Shown one piece after another: positions 9,881 to 21,665 of a stretch of DNA of 64,000 bases. The notes beneath the pieces are model-generated. The model saw only the letters and a program-made list of their open reading frames with translations, had not been told where the DNA came from and searched no databases. The stretch covers positions 416,001-480,000 of the forward strand of contig CAXXFK010000028.1 of assembly GCA_963663965.2 (NCBI GenBank). The letters run 5' to 3'. The stretch's first letter is position 1. Every line of letters begins with the position of its first letter. Made by a program: the position numbers and the translations under genes. The DNA is from Sedimentisphaerales bacterium (lineage in GTDB: Bacteria > Planctomycetota > Phycisphaerae > Sedimentisphaerales > SM23-30).

Positions 9881-11989
9881 TCAATCGCAATCCGGCACCA
9901 AACGGCAATTCAGCCAGGTTGCGGCAAAGGTTGCGAAATCTTCAAGATCAATGACGCAGTTGCCATTATAATCATATTGCAATCCTTCGCTGTCAACACA
10001 AACGGTTTCGCCGGTCTGATCGGTATAGATATGTGCAATCTGGCGGCTGTCAAGGGCGTAGTTCCACATCTGCGCATCATCGATCAAACCATAGAAGAAG
10101 AAATCGTGTGCATCAGACTCATTTGCGCCAGCGCCAAACAAAGTTTCCTGATCAGGATTCGGTGAAAACGTCACATTTGTTGACATGCCAACCTGGATTC
10201 CGTTAATAAAAAGACGTTTCGTGACCAGGAATTTATCACCGGATGTCCCGGTTGCTTCCAGGCTGACTGCCAGATGGGTCCAGACGCCCGGGACGACATT
10301 TGAATCGGCCGTTGATGAACCGGTTGAGTGCCACCCGGCGCCTGTTCCAGTCCAGAACTGCCATTTATTACCAGAAGTTGCATAAATGATACATCCCTGC
10401 TGACCGGCGGATGTACCGTCATTGCGGTTACTGAAAGCGGTACGATAGTAAGTACTCTCGGGATCAACCCAAACCCACATCGATAGCGTAAAGCTCGAAG
10501 GATTCATTGTTTCGCTATAGGGTATTTCGACGGCTTCCTGATCGCCGGTCAGTATGATTGCCTGACCGTCTCCGATGGTACCAGTCGTATAATTGGGTTC
10601 GGTGATTTCAGGGATGCCACTGAACAGAATACCATCATTCACGCCCAGTTCATCAGTCATACTGTTATCGAATTTCCAGTGTCCAATCAAGCGTTCGGTC
10701 ATTACCAGGGCCGGTTGCGATACGGCTTCACCGACAATGTTTTTAGCGACACAGTAATAGTATCCCTCATCCGTCAGTTGCAGATCTGCAATTTGCAGCG
10801 TTTTGGGATTTCCGTCGGAATCAGTCACGACTGAATCATCGTCAGGAGTGTCATTGGCCTTATCATCGGTCTTGTACCAGGTGATCGTTTCTTCATTCAG
10901 GGTTTCGACTGTTAATATTGCCGTTCCGCCGGCCGGTGCGGTATCATTGGCTGGACCTTTTTCAATCACCGGTGTCGCGGGAATCGTCCTGAAACTCAAT
11001 GTAGTACCTTCGATAACATTATCGGCGGTATCCACGCGGTCAACTTTCCAGAAATAAACCGTATCGTTGGTCAGTAAATTATCGGTTGGACTTGGTGACA
11101 AGTCGGCTAAAGTTATGGAAGTTGTTGCTGCCTCGAAGTAATTATTATCAGACTGATAGACGCCATTGGGATCGTTAGGATCGGTTCCAAGTGAAACATA
11201 GTACCCTTTTGTGTCAGTAACATTTTCAGCAATTTCCCAAGACAAGGATGTGTCGATGGCCACTTTTTCTTCATTGTTAACCGGGCTGAAATTGGTCAGG
11301 CCATTGGAGGTCGCAAACCGTATTTCACCGAAGCCAACCCGATCGCCACCTCCGGTGGGATTAACGCCTTCACTGGCTGGATCGCCATAATGGTTGTTAG
11401 TGATCACCATCTTGACATAGCGGATTTTAGCGCTACTGAGTTCGAAAAGCTGAGCAGTATTGATATTGCCGTTATTCAGACCAACGACCGATTTCATGGC
11501 AATTGTGGTTACTGGTCCAGAAAATGTTCCAGCCCCCTGGGCTTCCGTATTAAATTGAAGATCTATGGTATAGGCATGATTCCCAATGCTGATATAATTG
11601 CCACCATTATTCTGGTATTGCCATAAAATAATTCCACCAACCGAAACATCTCCGCCGCTCGTTAAATCCCAGATGAATATGGGGGGCTGAGTGCTGCCAT
11701 AACCGGCAAAATAATCGCTGCCAGAGGCATTGGAAATGTAGGATTCAGCGTAGCCGCCGCCATAGGTATGTACTGCAGCCAACGCTGCTTCCAAAGTGTC
11801 CCCATTGTTGACAGCTGGTGTCATGCCGGAATTGTCAATCAGTTGAGTGGGACCGGTTCCACCGTAAGCATTGAGATTTATCGTGGCGACGGATGTTGGG
11901 ACAATAACTTCTCCAAAGATTATCCCCCTCTGTAATAAACACAGAGCTGCGACTAGCGTTAAAACACAAATTCGACCTGTTTTCATCAT
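9881..11989 (-). CDS. Secreted modular protein: discoidin-like domain, Ig domain, LamG/concanavalin-like jelly roll, C-terminal dockerin-like repeat
   Basis: Signal peptide; DEGYYYCVAKN (Ig); LIGHWKFD..FTLSMWV..WTHLAV..GLIDDAQMWNYAL (LamG); DYNGNCVIDLEDFATFAATWL; RBS AAGGAG upstream. Confidence 0.82.
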   Translation of the reverse strand: MMKTGRICVLTLVAALCLLQRGIIFGEVIVPTSVATINLNAYGGTGPTQLIDNSGMTPAVNNGDTLEAALAAVHTYGGGYAESYISNASGSDYFAGYGSTQPPIFIWDLTSGGDVSVGGIILWQYQNNGGNYISIGNHAYTIDLQFNTEAQGAGTFSGPVTTIAMKSVVGLNNGNINTAQLFELSSAKIRYVKMVITNNHYGDPASEGVNPTGGGDRVGFGEIRFATSNGLTNFSPVNNEEKVAIDTSLSWEIAENVTDTKGYYVSLGTDPNDPNGVYQSDNNYFEAATTSITLADLSPSPTDNLLTNDTVYFWKVDRVDTADNVIEGTTLSFRTIPATPVIEKGPANDTAPAGGTAILTVETLNEETITWYKTDDKANDTPDDDSVVTDSDGNPKTLQIADLQLTDEGYYYCVAKNIVGEAVSQPALVMTERLIGHWKFDNSMTDELGVNDGILFSGIPEITEPNYTTGTIGDGQAIILTGDQEAVEIPYSETMNPSSFTLSMWVWVDPESTYYRTAFSNRNDGTSAGQQGCIIYATSGNKWQFWTGTGAGWHSTGSSTADSNVVPGVWTHLAVSLEATGTSGDKFLVTKRLFINGIQVGMSTNVTFSPNPDQETLFGAGANESDAHDFFFYGLIDDAQMWNYALDSRQIAHIYTDQTGETVCVDSEGLQYDYNGNCVIDLEDFATFAATWLNCRLVPDCD

Positions 11990-12038
11990 TTTTGTCTCCT
12001 TAAAATAAAAATGAGGTTATAGTTTACTCGCCGGATTT

Positions 12039-12188
12039 TTACTTGTCCTCAAGCAGAGATAAACCAGTTATACTTGCAATTAATTTGGGAGAACCGACAT
12101 TTACGTTTGATACATTCAAGTGACGTAAATCGAACGAAGTCCATAAGATGAGTGATAAAATATTGATATATCCAATGTTTTTTTTCAT
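12039..12188 (-). CDS. Candidate 49-aa small protein (not in ORF track)
   Basis: Hand translation MKKNIGYINILSLILWTSFDLRHLNVSNVNVGSPKLIASITGLSLLEDK*; AAAGGAG 8 nt upstream of ATG. Confidence 0.4.
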   Translation of the reverse strand: MKKNIGYINILSLILWTSFDLRHLNVSNVNVGSPKLIASITGLSLLEDK

Positions 12189-13513
12189 CTTCACTGCTCC
12201 TTTGACGTATGATTTATTATCCTAACTCACTCCATGCCTTTTGTTTTATAGTATCATAATTGCTATCTCAAAGTTTATGTCGCATCTCGGTAGTTTTCTT
12301 TTTGGCTGACGTCAACCGTATAAGATGAGCTGTTGGGTTAAGGTGAAATTAGCCCCGAAAGTAATTGGCAAGACAGACAACCGAAAACCACTGAAATCAG
12401 ATAGGGGATTGTAATTAAAGTAAGGAAGACATTCCCCGGTTAGTTTCGCGTTAATTTTATCAATTGGAATGTCCAACTTTTTGCACCTCAAGGCTTATAA
12501 TCAGATATCAACCCTGCCGCTATGACAGAATAGCGGAGGAATCAATTTGATGTTATATAGGGACAAATTTTCCTTGTTGACGGAGTCTTCCGGCCGAAAC
12601 CGGCCAAATTTAACCAATAAACCACACACAACTTCTACATAATGCCTGCGACATTAAGTGAATTGTGAATGTGTATATTTAAATATGGCCGCTTGAAATT
12701 CGTTCAAAACCAATTTAAAACCAGCATTATTTTATGCCCGTTCCAGAATTGCTTCTGAATATATTAATTATATACTATAACTCATTAAACTGTGAGCAAA
12801 AAATCTGCATTTTTTAATTATCTTTGATTTTTGTCGTAAGTGATTATTTCGTGGATATATATAGCGAATATTATAATTTTAAAATCTGTAGAAATTGATA
12901 TTATATTCCCATTAAATTGATTTGCAGGCCAATATCAGTATGAATTTATCAGATATAAACAGTTTATTTCGCCAGATGTTCGATATCGATATCAGCTGAA
13001 TTTCAAATATTGATGTCCCTTTAATATTATTGACAATTCAGCTTGGTGGTGTGGATTCTAGGGTGTACTGTAAATATTTTCCTGAATATTTGTTGATCAA
13101 TACTAACTGGGGTAGCTCGAAGAGATAATTTTAATCGAATATAAAGCATAACCATTTAATATTCAATTGGTTAAGCATCCTATAGGGCATTTGTACTACA
13201 ATCCATTATCTCTTTGTTTTTTTGTATGCGTATTATTCTTATCTTTTTAACTATATTAATCGTAATGCCTTATACGATAAATTCATAACCTCGAACTTTT
13301 TATCCTGTTATTCTGTCTGAAAGGCTGTTTTCCTATATAGCTTTAGGACTTTATGTGAATTTTCTTTCTTTGGCTGCGGCTTGACTGGACTGCCCTGAAT
13401 TTTTTGAAGATTAAAAACAAAAATATTGCGCATTATGAATTTTCAAGAAATATCTATCATAGATAATTACATAATTTTGTTTACGCTAGTTAGCATGATT
13501 CCGGTTTTGTCTC

Positions 13514-14034
13514 ATGGATCATAATAGAAAAAAAAATAGTGAACTTGAGTTTGTAACGCTGATATCTTCTCACCAGAGACGGATATTGGCTTATATAATC
13601 ACACTTGTTCCTAATCGGAGTGATGCTGAAGACATTTTGCAGGAAACCACAGCATTGATGTGGGAAAAAAGAAGCGATTTTATTCCTGGAACAGATTTTG
13701 TCGCATGGGGCGCCAGTATTGCTTACTATAAAATTCTTAATTATCGAAAAAAGGCTGTCAAAAATCGCCAATTGATTTTCAATCATGAACAATTGAAGAG
13801 AATCGAAAAGCAGGCCGTTGAGAAAAGCAAACATGTTGAGGAAATGCTGTACCAATTAGACGAATGTATTGAGAAGATTTCCGAAACCGATAAACAACTT
13901 CTCCATATGCGATATAACAGGGAAATTGATATCAAGGAAATTTCTAATCATTTAAATAAATCCATCAGAACAGTTTATTTGGCAATTGCACGTATTCAGG
14001 GGCTTCTCCTGAGATGCTTGAAGGGGGAGAATGT

Positions 14035-14038
<4 letters not shown>
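13514..14038 (+). CDS. ECF-type RNA polymerase sigma factor
   Basis: Region 2 DAEDILQET..MW..F..GTDFVAW; region 4 LLHMRY..IKEISNHLNKSIRTVY..IARI; 174 aa. Confidence 0.9.
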
Positions 14039-17815
<3,777 letters not shown>

Positions 17816-17901
17816 TATTTGGTTGTTTCAGTTCTTATAGTGTATTTAATGTATGGTTTGAATTATTACGGAGTTCAGTAACCCCGGCAGGGAGCGTTGT
17901 T

Positions 17902-19923
17902 TTGAATAAAAGCAGTTTATGCCATGTTCGATTGAAGTATGCATTATACTCTCTTTTCTGGACCGGAGTAATAGGCCTGACTGTTCTGGTGACTTGCGCC
18001 AACGCCGCCCAACTGACAATTCAGGCAGGGGCGGGGAAATCGATAAGTCCGGACCTGGTGGGTGTTTTTTTTGAAGACCTTAACTACGCTGCGGATGGTG
18101 GGCTCTATGCCGAACTGATTCAGAACCGCTCTTTTGAATATAGTCCAACTGAGCAATCGGACTGGCATCCGCTTAAATTCTGGGAAACGCAAAAACGGAG
18201 GGGTGGGGATGGTTCGCTGGAGGTGGCGGATATGCGGCCTGTTCATAAAAACAATCCACATTATGCGTTACTAACAGTGAGAACTCCGGGTGAAGGCTTT
18301 GGTATTGCCACTGATGGATTTGATGGAATTGTCCTCAAGAACAGTGAGAGTTACGAGGCCTCATTTTGGGCTTATCAGGCATTTATGGGCCAGATGTGGG
18401 GGCGCGGCGATAACTCTAAACCGATGCCGGTAACCTTGCGCCTGGAAACCAAGGCTGGCGAGTTATTGGCTGAGACAAAATTGGAAATTAAAGGTCGGGA
18501 ATGGACGAAGTATAACGCAAAGCTGGTGCCGAGACAGAGCGCAAACGATGGCCGTCTGATCCTGCTGGCGCATGCCCAGGGAGGGATCTGTCTGGATATG
18601 ATTTCATTGTTTCCCGAAAAGACGTTCCACAATCGCCCCAATGGACTGCGTGCGGATCTGGCCCAGGCGATTGCCGATATCCGGCCGAAGTTCGTGCGTT
18701 TTCCCGGAGGCTGTCTGGTTCATGGCCAGGGAATCCATCAGTATTATGATTGGAAAGACAGCGTCGGCCCGGAGGAACAGCGCCGTTCCGGCCGGAACTT
18801 GTGGGGTTATGGCCAGACCAGGGGTTTGGGTTATTTTGAGTATTTCCAATTCTGCGAGGATATCGGGGCCATGCCGCTTCCCGTGGTCTCCGCCGGTGTT
18901 TGCTGTCAGCATGCCGGCAGTTCTCCCAACCGTGGCCAGGAAGGCTTGCCCATAGATGAAATGCCGGGTTATATCCAGGACGTGCTGGACTTGATTGAAT
19001 GGGCCAATGGCCCTGCGACATCAAGATGGGGGGCCGTGCGTGCAGCGGCCGGCCATCCGAAGCCGTTTGACCTGAAATATATCGGTGTTGGCAATGAGGA
19101 CGCTATCACTCCCATATTTAAAGAGCGATTTAATATGATCTACGAGGTGATTACAAAGGCGCATCCCGAAATAATTATAATCGGAACTGTTGGGCCATTT
19201 GCTTCCGGAGAAGACTACGATAATGGCTGGACATTCGCCCGGGAACTGAAAATCCCGATAGTGGATGAACACTATTATGTCAATCCGCAGTGGTTCTGGG
19301 ATAATCTGACTCGTTATAATACCTATAACCGAAAAGAATCCAGGGTTTATGTTGGTGAATATGCCGCCCATGATCAGGGCAGGCGTAATACCCTGCGTTC
19401 GGCCCTGGCCGAAGCGGCAGGATTTACCGGCTTTGAACGTAATGGGGATGTGGTCCGGTTTGCATCCTACGCGCCACTGCTGGCCCGCCGCGGCCATACG
19501 CAATGGAATCCGGATCTGATCTACTTCGACAGTACGAATGTTTATCTGACTACAAATTACTATGTCCAGAAACTATTCGGGGAAAACAGCGGCGACCGTT
19601 GTCTCGATGTCCAGTTGAACCCCGATGGCGCAGTCAAGTTGACGGCATCTTCAGTAGTTAATTCAAAAACTGGCAATTTGATCATCAAGATAGTCAATGG
19701 TGACGAAAATCAGGTGGCAATCGATATCCAGTTGTCCGGGCTTACTTCAACTGGTCCCTTTAATGCGGTAAAGACCTTGCTTACTGGACCTGACGCTGAC
19801 GCTGTGAATGAAGCCGGTAAGCAGCCGCAGATTGTACCGATAGGTTCAACAGAGACGGTCCAATCGAATTTTATTTATGCGGCACCGGCACATTCATTTA
19901 CAGTGTATAGGATTTCGTTATAA
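17902..19923 (+). CDS. GH51 alpha-L-arabinofuranosidase
   Basis: FFEDLNYAADGGLYAELIQNRSFE, RFPGGC, IGVGNE, VDEHYY, VYVGEYA, ASYAPLL; probable TTG start at 17902 behind GGGAG (ORF track start 17749 overlaps the esterase). Confidence 0.9.
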   Translation: MNKSSLCHVRLKYALYSLFWTGVIGLTVLVTCANAAQLTIQAGAGKSISPDLVGVFFEDLNYAADGGLYAELIQNRSFEYSPTEQSDWHPLKFWETQKRRGGDGSLEVADMRPVHKNNPHYALLTVRTPGEGFGIATDGFDGIVLKNSESYEASFWAYQAFMGQMWGRGDNSKPMPVTLRLETKAGELLAETKLEIKGREWTKYNAKLVPRQSANDGRLILLAHAQGGICLDMISLFPEKTFHNRPNGLRADLAQAIADIRPKFVRFPGGCLVHGQGIHQYYDWKDSVGPEEQRRSGRNLWGYGQTRGLGYFEYFQFCEDIGAMPLPVVSAGVCCQHAGSSPNRGQEGLPIDEMPGYIQDVLDLIEWANGPATSRWGAVRAAAGHPKPFDLKYIGVGNEDAITPIFKERFNMIYEVITKAHPEIIIIGTVGPFASGEDYDNGWTFARELKIPIVDEHYYVNPQWFWDNLTRYNTYNRKESRVYVGEYAAHDQGRRNTLRSALAEAAGFTGFERNGDVVRFASYAPLLARRGHTQWNPDLIYFDSTNVYLTTNYYVQKLFGENSGDRCLDVQLNPDGAVKLTASSVVNSKTGNLIIKIVNGDENQVAIDIQLSGLTSTGPFNAVKTLLTGPDADAVNEAGKQPQIVPIGSTETVQSNFIYAAPAHSFTVYRISL

Positions 19924-19936
19924 TATTTAAATTGGA

Positions 19937-21517
19937 GTGATCATTATGATTTTGAGGTATCTGAATGTTTTTGTTATTCTGTATGTGGCTCTCCTGATTT
20001 CATTGCCTGTCTATGCAGAATCCGCGCAGAATCCCATTATCTGGGCCGATGTCCCGGATGTCGCAGCCATTCGAGTTGGGGATATCTATTATATGAGCAG
20101 CACGACCATGCACATGAGCCCGGGATTGCCGATTATGAAGTCTAAAGACCTCATTAACTGGGAACTGATCGGCTATGCGTATGAGACCCTGACGGATAAC
20201 GAAGCGCTCAGGCTGGAAAACGGCCGGGGGGCCTACGGGGCGGGTTCCTGGGCCAGTAGTTTACGCTATCACAAAGACACCTACTATGTCTCCACCTTCT
20301 CCAGCACCAGCGGCAAAACACATATTTATTTCACAAAAGATATTGAAAAGGAACCCTGGAAGGAAATCTCGTTTTCACCTTCGCTGCACGATCATTCACT
20401 CTTCTTCGACGATGATGGACGTGTCTATATGTTGTACGGCGCCGGAAACCTCCGGTTGACAGAATTAAATTCGGATCTGTCCGGAATCAAACCGGATGGT
20501 TTTAATGAGGTGGTTATCCGAAATGCCAGTGCGGTGGCCGGTCCCAATATCGGTTTGCAGGCGGAAGGCTCGCAATTGCGTAAAATCAATGGCCGATATT
20601 ATCTGATGAACATCACCTGGCCGCGCAATGGCATGCGTACCCAGCTTGTTCATCGAGCCGACAAAATTACCGGACCCTATGAAGGCAGAGTCATCCTTCA
20701 GGATCAAGGCATCGCCCAGGGTTGTCTTATCGATACGCCCGATGGCAAGTGGTATGCCCTGTTATTCCAGGATCATGGCGCGGTCGGACGCATTCCGTAT
20801 CTGATACCAGTGAAATGGGAAGATGGCTGGCCGGTTCTGGGTACAGATGGTAAGGTGCCGATGAAGCTGGATATCCCCGCCGTCAGGGGTGGGCTGGCTA
20901 ATATCGTGGCCAGCGATGAATTTGAACGTAAGCCTGGCGAGTCCATGCCGCTGGCATGGCAATGGAACCATAATCCCGACAACCGGTATTGGTCTGTTGG
21001 AATACGGAATGGATATCTTAGATTGACTACCGGACGGGTGGATCAGGATGTACTGCGGGCCCGGAATACCCTCACCCAACGTACCTTTGGTCCGACGTGT
21101 TCGGCGGTGACCAAACTCGAGGTCGGCAATATGAAAGAGGGCGATTGTGCCGGTTTAATCGCACTGCAGAAAAAGTACGGCTATGTCGGCGTGAAAATGA
21201 CAGGGGAAGCCAAATCGGTGGTTATGGTCAGCGCCCAGTCCGACCGGCCCGAAGAAATGGCCTGTGTTCCACTTGATCAGCAAATCGTCTATTTCAAGAT
21301 CGACTGCGATTTCAGGGATCGTACCGACAAGGCGTATTTTTATTATAGTCTGGATGGCAACGCCTGGATGCAGGTTGGGTCGGTCCTGCAGATGGCCTAT
21401 ACCCTGCCGCACTTTATGGGCTATCGGTTTGGTTTGTTTAATTATGCTACGAAAACGACCGGCGGATATGCGGACTTTGATTTCTATCATGTGAGCGATA
21501 AGATTAGTATAGAATAA
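19937..21517 (+). CDS. GH43 beta-xylosidase/arabinofuranosidase with C-terminal beta-sandwich
   Basis: NPIIWADVPD, SKDLINW, WASSLRYH, HDHSLFFDDDG, EGSQ, GRIPYLIPVKWEDGWP, WQWNHNP, FMGYRFGLFNY; signal peptide. Confidence 0.9.
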   Translation: MIIMILRYLNVFVILYVALLISLPVYAESAQNPIIWADVPDVAAIRVGDIYYMSSTTMHMSPGLPIMKSKDLINWELIGYAYETLTDNEALRLENGRGAYGAGSWASSLRYHKDTYYVSTFSSTSGKTHIYFTKDIEKEPWKEISFSPSLHDHSLFFDDDGRVYMLYGAGNLRLTELNSDLSGIKPDGFNEVVIRNASAVAGPNIGLQAEGSQLRKINGRYYLMNITWPRNGMRTQLVHRADKITGPYEGRVILQDQGIAQGCLIDTPDGKWYALLFQDHGAVGRIPYLIPVKWEDGWPVLGTDGKVPMKLDIPAVRGGLANIVASDEFERKPGESMPLAWQWNHNPDNRYWSVGIRNGYLRLTTGRVDQDVLRARNTLTQRTFGPTCSAVTKLEVGNMKEGDCAGLIALQKKYGYVGVKMTGEAKSVVMVSAQSDRPEEMACVPLDQQIVYFKIDCDFRDRTDKAYFYYSLDGNAWMQVGSVLQMAYTLPHFMGYRFGLFNYATKTTGGYADFDFYHVSDKISIE

Positions 21518-21665
21518 TTCATGATGGCTGACTGTATTCTTATTATGCCAGAGTCTTTACGATTCTAATTCTTTGTACAACAACGATATGAATCGACAGC
21601 AACTCATCAGGCAGGATAAGGGCGATCAATACATAAGGCAGATTATGTAAGGATGATATTTTATC

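Noticed and set aside
12500..12610. Possible c-di-GMP-I riboswitch
   Set aside because: Only isolated hairpins; the GGCAAA / ACGCAAAG core is not present
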